A stretch of DNA of 43,239 bases from Jannaschia sp. (GTDB lineage: Bacteria; Pseudomonadota; Alphaproteobacteria; Rhodobacterales; Rhodobacteraceae). The notes under the pieces are model-generated. The model was given only the letters and a program-made list of their open reading frames with translations. It was not told the origin of the DNA and made no database searches. The stretch covers positions 1 through 43,239 of the forward strand of contig JBARXR010000174.1 of NCBI GenBank assembly GCA_049647445.1, read 5' to 3'. Made by a program: the position numbers and the translations under genes. Shown piece after piece: positions 28,953 to 38,541 of the stretch (position 1 is its first letter; every line of letters begins with the position of its first letter).

Positions 28953-29813
28953 ATGAAACTGCTTCGCTACGGCGCCCCCGGATCCGAAAAGCCGGGTCTT
29001 CTCGATAGATCCGGTCGGGTGCGCGATCTGTCGCACGTCGTCCGGGACATCGCCGGGGAGACGCTCCGGCCTTCGGGTTTGAGCGCGCTCCGAGACCTCG
29101 ATGTGGAGACCCTGCCGGTCATCGAAGGCATCCCACAAAAGGATCTGAGGATCGGTGCCTGTGTCGGGGGCATCGGAAAGTTCATCTGCATCGGCCTCAA
29201 TTTTGCGGATCACGCCGAAGAAGCCGGCATGCCGATCCCGCCAGAACCGGTGATCTTCAACAAATGGACATCCGCCGTCGTCGGGCCGAACGATCCGATC
29301 CAGATCCCGCGTGCCTCGGTCAAGACGGACTGGGAAGTCGAACTTGGCGTCGTGATCGGAGAACCGGGAGCCTATATCGACGAAGCGGACGCGATGGACC
29401 ATGTCGCGGGTTTCTGCGTGATAAACGACGTATCAGAGCGCGAATTCCAGATCGAGCGCGCCGGAACCTGGGACAAGGGCAAAGGGTGCGACACGTTCGG
29501 GCCGACAGGACCGTGGCTTGTCACGCCGGACGAGGTGCCCGATTTCGACGATCTCGATATGTGGCTCGATGTTGACGGCGAACGCCAGCAATCGGGCTCG
29601 ACGTCCACGATGATTTTCAGAGTGCCGCATCTCGTCGCCTATTGCAGCCGGTTCATGAGCCTTCAGTCCGGAGACGTGATTTCCACCGGAACGCCTCCCG
29701 GAGTGGGCATGGGACAAAAGCCGCAGCGCTATCTGAAAGGGGGCGAGGTGATCACGCTGGGTATCGCGGGCCTGGGCGAGCAGAGGGCCTCGGTTTTGCC
29801 AGCCGCTCGATAA
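28953..29813 (+). CDS. Fumarylacetoacetate hydrolase family protein (2,4-diketo-3-deoxy-sugar-acid hydrolase-like)
   Basis: MKLLRYG, CIGLNFADH, DWEVELGVVIG, NDVSER, WDKGKGCDTFGP, STGTPPGVG. Confidence 0.9.
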   Translation: MKLLRYGAPGSEKPGLLDRSGRVRDLSHVVRDIAGETLRPSGLSALRDLDVETLPVIEGIPQKDLRIGACVGGIGKFICIGLNFADHAEEAGMPIPPEPVIFNKWTSAVVGPNDPIQIPRASVKTDWEVELGVVIGEPGAYIDEADAMDHVAGFCVINDVSEREFQIERAGTWDKGKGCDTFGPTGPWLVTPDEVPDFDDLDMWLDVDGERQQSGSTSTMIFRVPHLVAYCSRFMSLQSGDVISTGTPPGVGMGQKPQRYLKGGEVITLGIAGLGEQRASVLPAAR

Positions 29814-29959
29814 CGACCGCGACCGTGCCGCATGCTCCCGAACACGTCGACCGTCGCGATTTCTGGCGGGATGGCCAAAAGCGAGGATCCGTTGCGCGTC
29901 GGGGGTACTGAACCGTCGATGGACGATCTGAGGGAATAGGTCGACGACCGGGGCAGGCT

Positions 29960-30994
29960 CTACCGTGTCCGCGTGACCTTCTTGAGATGTCGAGGCGTAT
30001 CCGGATCGATCCCGCGCCCGACTGCCGTCCGTTCGACCATAGCATAGACCGTGGCGATCAAGGCAAGCGGGTCGGTCAGGGCGTGGCCCGTCCGGACGAC
30101 ATCGAGCTGCCGCGCCCGACTGACCTTTGACGTCGTGGCAAAGACCGCCCCGCCCATGCCGACCAGGTCGTCAGCAACTTGCCCGAGCGCGTCTTCCGCG
30201 TCATCACCGGCGGCAAACGCGAGCACGGGAAATCCGGTTTCCATAATCGAGACCGGACCATGCAGAACCTCGGCCGACGAAAAGGCTTCCGCGTGTATCC
30301 GACAGACCTCCTTGAATTTAAGGGCGGCTTCGTTGGCGATCCCAAGGGCCGGTCCGCGCCCCAGGCAGAAGATCGAATTCCGACCGTTCAGGCCCTCGCG
30401 CAGGTCCGGCCAGTCAAATCCGACGGCCTTTTCCAATGCGTCCGGCAGGTCGCCGATTGCCGCAACGAGGGCGTCATTCTCGGCGAATTCAGCCAGCAAC
30501 CATAGACCCGCCACGGCAGAATTGACGAAAGTCTTCGTCGCAGCCACGCTCTGCTCCTGCCCAGCGTGCAGGTTGACCGTATGGCATGCGCCCTGTGCCA
30601 AGGGGCTGTCGATGTGATTTGTGATCGCGATCGTCAGTGCTCCGCCAGCTCGTGCCATCCGCGCAGTCTCGACGATGTCAGGGCTCATGCCGGATTGCGA
30701 CACCGCGAGGATGGCGCTTTGCCGAAGGTGCAACGGACGTTTGTATATCGAGGCAATCGACGGGCCGACCGACACGACTGGCACTCCGAGAAGCATTTCG
30801 CAGCAATATTTGAGGTAGGTCGTGACGTGATCGGACGATCCCCGGGCAACGGTGGTCATGAAGACCGGCGGACGGGCGCGCAGAGCATCCGCCGCAGTGC
30901 GTATGTCGGCGGCGCCCAGCCGCAACAGCCGGTCGACGGCATTCGGGATTTCGATGATCTCGCGGCGCATTTGCGAAAACTCTGCCTGCATCAT
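29960..30994 (-). CDS. SIS-domain protein (GlmS-like glucosamine-6-phosphate deaminase / deglycase)
   Basis: ARGSSDH, SQSGMSPD, SVAATKTF, EAALKFKE, SSAEVLHGP, PRHLKKVT. No glutaminase domain. Confidence 0.9.
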   Translation of the reverse strand: MMQAEFSQMRREIIEIPNAVDRLLRLGAADIRTAADALRARPPVFMTTVARGSSDHVTTYLKYCCEMLLGVPVVSVGPSIASIYKRPLHLRQSAILAVSQSGMSPDIVETARMARAGGALTIAITNHIDSPLAQGACHTVNLHAGQEQSVAATKTFVNSAVAGLWLLAEFAENDALVAAIGDLPDALEKAVGFDWPDLREGLNGRNSIFCLGRGPALGIANEAALKFKEVCRIHAEAFSSAEVLHGPVSIMETGFPVLAFAAGDDAEDALGQVADDLVGMGGAVFATTSKVSRARQLDVVRTGHALTDPLALIATVYAMVERTAVGRGIDPDTPRHLKKVTRTR

Positions 30995-31010
30995 ACGACC
31001 CTTTCCCGTT

Positions 31011-31880
31011 TCAATACGATACCGGATTGCGCCTGAACGTGATCCAGAGCGTCGATGAGATGATCAGCGCCGCCCCGAGCCAGAAGCTTGGCTGTGGCTG
31101 TTCCGCAAAGACGAAATACCCGACCGTCGTCGAGAAGACCAAGCTGGCATAGGACAGGACCGCCAGGAACCCGGCCTCTCCGTTTCGATGTGCGTGGAGG
31201 AAACAGAATTGGGCGGATTGGGCGAATATGCCGATGGCCAACAGCGTCGGCCAATTTTCGTCCGGTACCGGTACCCACGTCATCAGCGCGAAGGGGGCCG
31301 AGATCAGTGTCAGACCTGCCGTGTAGAATGTCATCATCACGACGGTCGGCGCCGCGACCAGCCGCCGGGTCGTGATGACAACTCCGGTGGCGGCGACGAC
31401 AACGACCATTTGCGCCGCAAGTCCCCATCCCGCTGACACGACCGACGGATCGACGGCGATGATGACCCCCGCCAGACCCACAGAGGCGGCGATCCAGCGG
31501 TCGCGCGTGATGACCTCCCGCAACAACCAGGCGGCAGCGATCATTGTCAGGATCGGTCGGGTAAATCCGATGGCCGTGAACAACGCGAGCGGTACGCGCG
31601 AAATCGCGTAGAAGCTCGCGGTCAGGGCAACGGCCGACAGCATGACACGCACGGCGTGAAGCCGCAGGTCCGGCAGGTCGATGAACGATCTGCGATACCG
31701 CCAGATCCATGGTGCCATGATCACCAGCCCGACGCTTGCGCGCAGGAATACGAGCTGGAACGCCGGAACTCCCAAACCCAAAGCCTTGACGATGGCCAGC
31801 GCCCAGATGTTGAGAGCCATGTCCGCCAGAAGCCACCCGGCCGCACGCCCGTTTCGGGACGGGTCATTGTCGTTTGGCAA
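31011..31880 (-). CDS. DMT/EamA family membrane transporter
   Basis: About 10 hydrophobic segments, FQLVFLRA, LLREVIT. Start is uncertain (TTG 31880, ATG 31820, or a frameshifted ATG at 31867). Confidence 0.85.
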   Translation of the reverse strand: MPNDNDPSRNGRAAGWLLADMALNIWALAIVKALGLGVPAFQLVFLRASVGLVIMAPWIWRYRRSFIDLPDLRLHAVRVMLSAVALTASFYAISRVPLALFTAIGFTRPILTMIAAAWLLREVITRDRWIAASVGLAGVIIAVDPSVVSAGWGLAAQMVVVVAATGVVITTRRLVAAPTVVMMTFYTAGLTLISAPFALMTWVPVPDENWPTLLAIGIFAQSAQFCFLHAHRNGEAGFLAVLSYASLVFSTTVGYFVFAEQPQPSFWLGAALIISSTLWITFRRNPVSY

Positions 31881-34182
31881 GAAGATTGGCCATCAATCGA
31901 AATGCGCCTGGGGTCAGTTTCTCCAACTGGTGATGCAGGATCAGGGAGGTATGGACGTGACGCCCCTGCCCTACGTCCGCCGCCAGCAAGGCACCGTGCA
32001 AGGGAGCCTCGCCAGCATCGTTCATGGCGATCAGGGCAGTGTAGGACGGATCCCAATCCCTGGCGAAGTATAGCCCGCGCTCCTTGTCCCACTCCGCCCA
32101 GTCTGCCGGGCTGATCCTGTTGGGATGGTGCAACAGCGGATGATCCGGGACGAGCATTGTCACGGGCGCTGCGGCATCCGTTACCCGCCAGCGCAGTGAC
32201 GGCTGCCCGATCTCGAGCCTGTAGGGCGCCGTGGTCTCGCTGTCCCAATTGTCCCAGGGGCGGTGATAAAGCGTCACGAGCGTGCCGCCCTTTCGGATCC
32301 AATCGTGGATCCGGGGCATCGCATCCGCCAGACCGGGACGAAACTTCATGGCGAATATTCCGACGACGATCGTATCGCAGTCGGCCAGTGCCGCTTCGGT
32401 CAGGTCGGCTTCGGACAGATCCGTCGTCCGCAGTCCCATGCGGCGCAACCAGTGGCCCACCCGGTCGTGTCCGCCGCCGATATAGCCGACCGCCACGTCA
32501 GGCAGCACGACATCGACGACGCGCACAAGCGTCGTTGCGGCGCTCTCCAACACGCGGACCGTATGGGGGGCATGGTGGATATCGGTCAGGCTCCGTGCGT
32601 CCTCTCCGTCGAGGGTGAGGGCGATTTCGTAGAGGCCTGCCGCGACGGTGTCCGGCGGGGTCACGTACAGCGCATCCGCGCGGCGATCGACCGTCCATCC
32701 CGACGGCACCCGCAGTCCTGGGCTTGCATTGTCAGGGGTCACGTCGCCCAGCGTGATCCGGATGCTGTCATTGCCGCGAGCCGGTGTGATGACATCCGTC
32801 CGCGGTGCCATTCGGGCCGAATGGGCAGGCACGACAATCGGCGTCACCTCGAACGGCACCGCGGTCTTGGCGGTGACACCGTCGACGGTCAGGACGACAT
32901 CCAGACAGGGTGCCGTCGGAAGCCCCGGCAAATAGGTATCGGGGTAGGGATCGCTGGTCGCGACCGCTTCGCTCAAGGTAATCTTGCCTGCCGTTTCTGT
33001 CCAACCTTCGGGCAGTCGCGGTGTCAGTCGCAGCGTCCCCGTTTCGCACCGCACGTCTTGTTCCCACGACGTTCCGGAGCCGGGGCGCAAGATGTCCGCT
33101 GTCACCCATGCACGGGCATCGACACCTGCGGCGAGCATCATGACCCGCGCGACCTGCTGTTGCTTGCGCAGGAGTTTATGCGCGACTTCGGGTGGTGGAG
33201 CCCGAAGCGCCTCCGCGATCGCCTTTGCCGCGGCACAGGCATTCCGCAACACGCGCGGCCCATCCGGAAAGGCGGCGACCGCCGCGTCACACGCCTCCTG
33301 CGCGCTCCCGTAGCCGAAATCCCGAAGCGTCTGCCCAAGGCCGGCCCCAAGCGCATCGTCCGGTCCCTCGACGTGCGTATGCGCAAGATGCAGGGCGAAA
33401 TCAGTCTCGGCGCCCGCAGTCACCCATCGGCCCATGGCTTGGGTGGCATGCATGGCCCGGCTTTGCTGGCCGATTTGGGCGAAACTCCATCCGGTGACCG
33501 GATCGATGCCCTTGCCCTTGATCGTCAGGGTCGCGGGCGGCGGCGGCTGATCGTCGTCATAGGCCTGACCGGCACCCGACCATGCGGGAAGATACATCTT
33601 TCCCACCTGCCACGGCGGCAGGACACTGGCCGCAAAACCGGGATCGGCGGCCAGAGCCATCACTTCGTGGGCGGCTTGGGTCATCGCCCGGTGGTGACCA
33701 TGCTGGCCCGGTACATCAAGGAACGTCGGACAGATGATGTCGGGACGCTCGGTCCGGATGATATGTACAAAACGGGCCAACGTGCGGTCGCGACCCCAGG
33801 CGGCCAACGTCTCCGTGCCTGACTTGGAAAAGCCGAAGTCGTAGATCGTGTCGTCGGGCGCCACTGACAGCCAGTACATCCGCAGGTCCAGCCGGTCGCA
33901 GGCGGCTTCCATTTCGGCTGTCCGCAGCGTGCCGAGCGCTGCTGCGGTTTCGGTGCCGATGTCGTTCTGTCCGCCCTCTCCCCGCGTGGCGCAGGCGTAG
34001 GAAACATCAATGCCGTCGCGAAACCGCAGCGCCGCCAGCATCGCGGAGGTTTCGTCGTCGGGGTGCGCGCCGGTATTCATGAAAGAAACCGTGCTTTTCA
34101 GGGCGGTCAACGCCTGCCAGAGGCGCAGGATGCGCGGGCTGTCACGCGACGCGGCAATCCGGGCCTGATCAGAAAGGCGCAT
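31864..34182 (-). CDS. PIG-L/LmbE family N-deacetylase with long C-terminal extension
   Basis: GAHPDDE zinc motif, TRGEGGQN, FGFSKS, QHGHH; 772 aa. Confidence 0.88.
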   Translation of the reverse strand: MRLSDQARIAASRDSPRILRLWQALTALKSTVSFMNTGAHPDDETSAMLAALRFRDGIDVSYACATRGEGGQNDIGTETAAALGTLRTAEMEAACDRLDLRMYWLSVAPDDTIYDFGFSKSGTETLAAWGRDRTLARFVHIIRTERPDIICPTFLDVPGQHGHHRAMTQAAHEVMALAADPGFAASVLPPWQVGKMYLPAWSGAGQAYDDDQPPPPATLTIKGKGIDPVTGWSFAQIGQQSRAMHATQAMGRWVTAGAETDFALHLAHTHVEGPDDALGAGLGQTLRDFGYGSAQEACDAAVAAFPDGPRVLRNACAAAKAIAEALRAPPPEVAHKLLRKQQQVARVMMLAAGVDARAWVTADILRPGSGTSWEQDVRCETGTLRLTPRLPEGWTETAGKITLSEAVATSDPYPDTYLPGLPTAPCLDVVLTVDGVTAKTAVPFEVTPIVVPAHSARMAPRTDVITPARGNDSIRITLGDVTPDNASPGLRVPSGWTVDRRADALYVTPPDTVAAGLYEIALTLDGEDARSLTDIHHAPHTVRVLESAATTLVRVVDVVLPDVAVGYIGGGHDRVGHWLRRMGLRTTDLSEADLTEAALADCDTIVVGIFAMKFRPGLADAMPRIHDWIRKGGTLVTLYHRPWDNWDSETTAPYRLEIGQPSLRWRVTDAAAPVTMLVPDHPLLHHPNRISPADWAEWDKERGLYFARDWDPSYTALIAMNDAGEAPLHGALLAADVGQGRHVHTSLILHHQLEKLTPGAFRLMANLLAKRQ

Positions 34183-34195
34183 CGTCCCTGTCCTC

Positions 34196-35362
34196 TTACT
34201 GTGCCTGGGAAATCGGAGGTGTCAGGGCCTGATTGAGGATCAGGGCAGCCGCACCCTGCGTTGCCGTCATCCTGCCCGATGCCCCGCGCAGGAGCCGGGG
34301 ATAGAGCGCGTCCGGCCGGTTCGCGACCGAAAGCTCCGGAAGCGGTGCACGCTCAACGAGATGGTCGAGGATCACGTCCGGCATCGCTCCGCCCAGCACG
34401 ACCGTCTGCGGATCAAACAGGTTTTCGATAATCGCGAGGGCGCGCCCGAGATACGTGCTGGCAGTCGCGAGCCAGGCCATCAGGTCGTCGTCAGACTGCT
34501 GGAACAGCCGGGTCAGCATATCGATGTCCCGGGCGTCCTTGCCCACGTTCTGCAGATGGCGCTGGACCGAAAGGCGGCTGAGGAAATCTTCGAGCTTGCC
34601 CCCGTCGTGCGACATCGGGATGTGCCCGATCTCTCCGGCGTTGCCATAGGCGCCCTGCACCAGTTGCCCGGCGTGGATCAGGCCAAGACCCAATCCGGCG
34701 CCAAAGTAGAGATAGGCAAACGAGGTGATGTCGCGCGCAACGCCATTGATCCGCTCGGCCATCGCGGCTGCGTTGGCATCGTTGCTCAGCACGACGGGCA
34801 ATCCGAGTGCCTCCGCAAACAGGTGATTTGCCTCCACGTCCTGCCAGCCGGTCAGATCGGACCCCATTCCGGCGATACCCGTTGGACCGAAAGGCCCCGG
34901 CATGACGACACCGGCCCCCAGCATTCGAGCCCGCGCCCCGGGAACCTTTGCCTGCGCGCGTTCGTAGAGAGCCTTGGCCTCCGCGATCACCGTGTCCGGT
35001 CGGGTGTCGCCGAGGACGGCGCGTTCGGTGCTGACGGGTTGCCCGAGCATATCCAGAAGCGCCGCGAAGATCGCATCCGGTCTGACCTCTATCCCCAGAG
35101 CGTAGCCACCTTCGGGATTCAGAGCGTACTGAATCGCGGGCAGACCCCGCCCCGCGCTGAGCCGACCCATTTCAAGAAGCATCCCGTCGTCCGACAAGTC
35201 CGCGATTATGTTGCTGACGGTTTGCGTGGTCAACGACAGGGCGCGCGCGATTTCGGCCCTGCCGACCGCGCCCGACATCCGCACATGCCCGAGTACCGCC
35301 CGCCTGTTGCGATGCCTGGACCGCTCTGCGTTGCTGCCCTTCTGGAGAGGTACGACCATCAT
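34196..35362 (-). CDS. ROK family transcriptional repressor
   Basis: N-terminal HTH (RAEIARALSLTTQTVSNI), NDANAAAMAE, GNAGEIGH. Confidence 0.92.
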   Translation of the reverse strand: MMVVPLQKGSNAERSRHRNRRAVLGHVRMSGAVGRAEIARALSLTTQTVSNIIADLSDDGMLLEMGRLSAGRGLPAIQYALNPEGGYALGIEVRPDAIFAALLDMLGQPVSTERAVLGDTRPDTVIAEAKALYERAQAKVPGARARMLGAGVVMPGPFGPTGIAGMGSDLTGWQDVEANHLFAEALGLPVVLSNDANAAAMAERINGVARDITSFAYLYFGAGLGLGLIHAGQLVQGAYGNAGEIGHIPMSHDGGKLEDFLSRLSVQRHLQNVGKDARDIDMLTRLFQQSDDDLMAWLATASTYLGRALAIIENLFDPQTVVLGGAMPDVILDHLVERAPLPELSVANRPDALYPRLLRGASGRMTATQGAAALILNQALTPPISQAQ

Positions 35363-35371
35363 ACCGGAGCA

Positions 35372-35411
35372 TTAACTCAATCTGTTTGAATTATCAATCC
35401 AATTGAGTTAA
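35372..35411. promoter_or_regulatory. Candidate ROK operator(s) in divergent promoter
   Basis: TTAACTCAAT (35372-35381) and ATTGAGTTAA (35402-35411) form a perfect inverted repeat in an AT-rich patch. Confidence 0.65.
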
Positions 35412-35465
35412 CCTTCCGAGTCAGGGTCAATGACGGACCATCACTGCCTTCAGGGGAGATAGAAT

Positions 35466-36725
35466 ATGAAAAGAGAGTTCAAAGGCCTGGTCCTCGCCGG
35501 GCTCACGGCCTCGGCGGCATTTTTCGCCAATGCCGCCAACGCGGTCGAAATCGAATACTGGCAATATTTTTTCGATGCCCGGGTCGAGGCCATGGACACG
35601 CTGATCGCCAATTTCGAGGCGGCCAATCCGGACATCACCGTTAAGATGACTCACTTCCCCTACGATAATTACCGCACCAAGGTTGCCGCCGCGATCCCTG
35701 CCGGCGAAGGCCCCGATGTCGTGCAGCTGTTCTACGGCTGGCTTACCGACTATATCGAGGCGGACTTGATCCAACCGCTGCCCAGCGACACGTTTTCCGC
35801 CGCCCAAATCGATGCGGACTATTTTCCAATGGTTCAGGCGATGAAGGAGGGGGATGCCTATTGGGCGCTTCCGACCGCCGTCCGAAGCCTGGCGCTGTTC
35901 TATAACGAACGCCTGATGGAAGAGGCCGGGATAACATCTCCGCCGACAACCCTGGACGAGATGATGGCCGCGGCTGTCGCGATGACGAAAACCGATGCGG
36001 CGGGGAACCTGACGCAGGTCGGCATCACGGCGGGCATGACGGCGCAGGATCATCAATGGTGGCGCGAAGGTCTCGTCCGGCAATTCGGCGGAGAGCCCTA
36101 TGTCGATGACTACAAGACAGTGAACTACAACGATACTGCCGGTCTTGCAGCCCTCGAATTCTACAGCAACATGTTCATGGGCGAGACCCCGGTCACGGCC
36201 ATCGGGTTCATGGATGAACCCCAGGCCGCGTTCAAGGCCGGTCGCGCGGGCATGCACATCGACGGATCGTTCCGCATCGGATCGCTTGCCGATCAACGCG
36301 GTCTGGAATGGGGCGTGACCGAGCTTCCCGCCGGGCCCGACGGGACACAATCGAACTATGCGTCCTATTGGGTGAATGCCATCACCACCAAGGCCGAGGG
36401 CGACAGATATGACGCCGCGGTCAAGTTCATGGAGTACATAACCTCGGACGAGGCGATGCAGATCTGGCTGGATGTCGTCGGCGAATTGCCCGCAAAGCCA
36501 TCCGTTGGAATGACGGATGCCAACGCCAACGACCCGATCTTCGGTCCATTCATTCGGGGCCTCGCCTATGCCCACACGACCAAGTTCGCCAATGAATCCG
36601 CCCAGAGACAGTTGATGGTCGAAATGGTCGAACGGGTCCAGTTAGAAGGGATGGATACGGCCGAGAGCCTCGCCATCGCCGCCGAGGCCGAGCAGAAGCT
36701 GCTTGACGAGTATTACGCCAAATAA
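35466..36725 (+). CDS. Carbohydrate ABC transporter (CUT1) substrate-binding protein
   Basis: GGGGAG RBS, signal peptide ending ANA, GPDVVQLF, LALFYNERL. Confidence 0.92.
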   Translation: MKREFKGLVLAGLTASAAFFANAANAVEIEYWQYFFDARVEAMDTLIANFEAANPDITVKMTHFPYDNYRTKVAAAIPAGEGPDVVQLFYGWLTDYIEADLIQPLPSDTFSAAQIDADYFPMVQAMKEGDAYWALPTAVRSLALFYNERLMEEAGITSPPTTLDEMMAAAVAMTKTDAAGNLTQVGITAGMTAQDHQWWREGLVRQFGGEPYVDDYKTVNYNDTAGLAALEFYSNMFMGETPVTAIGFMDEPQAAFKAGRAGMHIDGSFRIGSLADQRGLEWGVTELPAGPDGTQSNYASYWVNAITTKAEGDRYDAAVKFMEYITSDEAMQIWLDVVGELPAKPSVGMTDANANDPIFGPFIRGLAYAHTTKFANESAQRQLMVEMVERVQLEGMDTAESLAIAAEAEQKLLDEYYAK

Positions 36726-36736
36726 GGTTTCGTCCA

Positions 36737-36762
36737 CCGCCCCGGCGTTGCAGCCGGGGCGG
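36737..36762 (+). terminator. GC hairpin after the binding-protein gene (mRNA stabiliser or attenuator)
   Basis: CCGCCCCGGC-GTTGCA-GCCGGGGCGG, perfect 10-bp stem. Confidence 0.55.
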
Positions 36763-36783
36763 CGCCGGCTCGAAAGAAGGTCC

Positions 36784-37671
36784 ATGTACCGCAAGCTGAC
36801 CATTCGCCAGAAACAGATCGTCTGGGCCTGGGCCTTTCTGGCGCTTCCGGTGCTGTTCTATGTGGTGATCCGGTTCTATCCGACAGGCAACGCGATCCTG
36901 ATTTCGTTCCAGAACTGGAACCTTCTGGGCAGCCGGACATGGGCCGGTCTTGAGAATTACGAGACGCTCTGGAACGATCCCGTATTCTGGAAAGTCTTCA
37001 AGAACACGTTTGTCTATCTGTTGCTGGGGACACCGATCAGTCTTCTGCTGTCGTTCATCATCGCCTACCACCTCGACCAGCTTCGCTTCATGCACGGCTT
37101 TCTCCGGATGCTTTATTTTCTGCCGTTCATGACCTCCGCCGTCGCGATGGCCTGGGTCTGGCGCTGGTTCTATCAGGACGTCCCCATCGGACTGTTCAAC
37201 AACCTGCTGGCAGGGTTTGGCATTCCGCAGATCAGGTTCCTGCAATCCACGACCAACGCACTGCCTGCGGTGCTCGCCCCCGCGGTCTGGGCGGGGCTGG
37301 GCTTTCAGGTGATCATCTTCATGGCCGGGCTCCGGGCGATCCCGACCAGCTACTACGAAGCGGCCAAGATAGATGGAGTTGGATGGTTCACCGTGCTGAC
37401 CCAGATTACGTTGCCGCTGCTGCGCCCCACGATCGTGTTTATCGTCGTATTCTCGTCGATTGGGTTCCTGCGGATCTTTGATCACGTCTTCAACATGACC
37501 ACCAACAACCCGGGAGGCCCGCTGAACGCGACAAAACCGCTCGTGCTGATGATCTATGACACCGCGTTCAACGGGTTCGACATGGGCTATGCCGCGGCCC
37601 AAACCGTGGTGCTGTTCACGATACTTCTGATCGTTTCGTTGATCCAGCTGCGCCTGCTGCGGAGCACCTAG
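36784..37671 (+). CDS. CUT1 ABC transporter permease
   Basis: EAA motif YYEAAKIDG, ITLPLLRP, MGYAAAQ. Confidence 0.92.
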   Translation: MYRKLTIRQKQIVWAWAFLALPVLFYVVIRFYPTGNAILISFQNWNLLGSRTWAGLENYETLWNDPVFWKVFKNTFVYLLLGTPISLLLSFIIAYHLDQLRFMHGFLRMLYFLPFMTSAVAMAWVWRWFYQDVPIGLFNNLLAGFGIPQIRFLQSTTNALPAVLAPAVWAGLGFQVIIFMAGLRAIPTSYYEAAKIDGVGWFTVLTQITLPLLRPTIVFIVVFSSIGFLRIFDHVFNMTTNNPGGPLNATKPLVLMIYDTAFNGFDMGYAAAQTVVLFTILLIVSLIQLRLLRST

Positions 37672-38541
37672 ATGGCCGACATCGCCCCCAGCGCCGCAAT
37701 GTTGCCGAAGGACCAAGCCCTGCGTCGCCCGCGCAACATGGGCCAGATCATCCGCTGGCTGGTGTTGTTCGGCGGTGGCCTGCTGATGGTGATGCCGATT
37801 GTCTATATGCTTTCGACGTCCCTGAAGTGGCCGCACGAGGTTTATGACGTCAACCTCATTCCCGACGAACCGACCCTCGACAACTATCGATATGTCCTGG
37901 AAGATGGACGGTTCTACGGATGGTTCCTCAACTCATTGATCATCGCGACGGTCACAACCGCCTGCAACCTTCTGTTTGACAGCCTCGTCGGCTACACGCT
38001 CTGCAAATTCCGGTTTCCGGGCCGTCAGATCGTGTTCATCGCGATCCTGTCCACCCTCATGATCCCGACCGAAATGCTCGTGATCCCGTGGTATCTCATG
38101 TCGCAGTCCTTTGGCTGGCTCGACAGCTACTGGGGGATCATGTTCCCGGGCCTTATGACGGCGTTCGGCACGTTCCTGATGAAGCAGTTCTTCGAGAGCG
38201 TTCCCGACGACTTCATAGAGGCCGCTCGCATAGACGGCCTGAACGAGCTGCAGATCTGGTGGACCATCGCCATGCCCCTGGTGAAGCCTGCCCTTGCCGC
38301 GCTCGCGATCTTCGTGTTCCTCGGCAACTGGACGGCGTTTCTCTGGCCCCTGATCGTCCCGAATTCGGTGGACATGTACACGATCCCCGTGGGTCTATCG
38401 AGCTTCGGGGACGAGGCCGATGTGGCGTGGGAATTGATCATGACGGGGGCCGCGATCTCGACCCTTCCAACGCTGGTGGTGTTCCTGATCTTTCAGCGGT
38501 TCATCATTCGCGGCGTCGTGATGGCGGGGTTGAAGGGATGA
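37672..38541 (+). CDS. CUT1 ABC transporter permease
   Basis: FIEAARIDG, WTAFLWPL, FQRFIIRGV. Confidence 0.92.
   Translation: MADIAPSAAMLPKDQALRRPRNMGQIIRWLVLFGGGLLMVMPIVYMLSTSLKWPHEVYDVNLIPDEPTLDNYRYVLEDGRFYGWFLNSLIIATVTTACNLLFDSLVGYTLCKFRFPGRQIVFIAILSTLMIPTEMLVIPWYLMSQSFGWLDSYWGIMFPGLMTAFGTFLMKQFFESVPDDFIEAARIDGLNELQIWWTIAMPLVKPALAALAIFVFLGNWTAFLWPLIVPNSVDMYTIPVGLSSFGDEADVAWELIMTGAAISTLPTLVVFLIFQRFIIRGVVMAGLKG

Noticed and set aside
27537..29402. 621-aa minus-strand ORF and similar long antisense ORFs (14181-15698, 21495-22862, 32263-33822, 36550-37836)
   Set aside because: Each lies opposite well-supported genes and has low-complexity, motif-free sequence.
37669..37674. TAG immediately followed by an in-frame ATG between the two CUT1 permeases, a possible read-through fusion
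   Set aside because: Both permeases have normal lengths and termini; abutting stop and start codons are ordinary operon packing.
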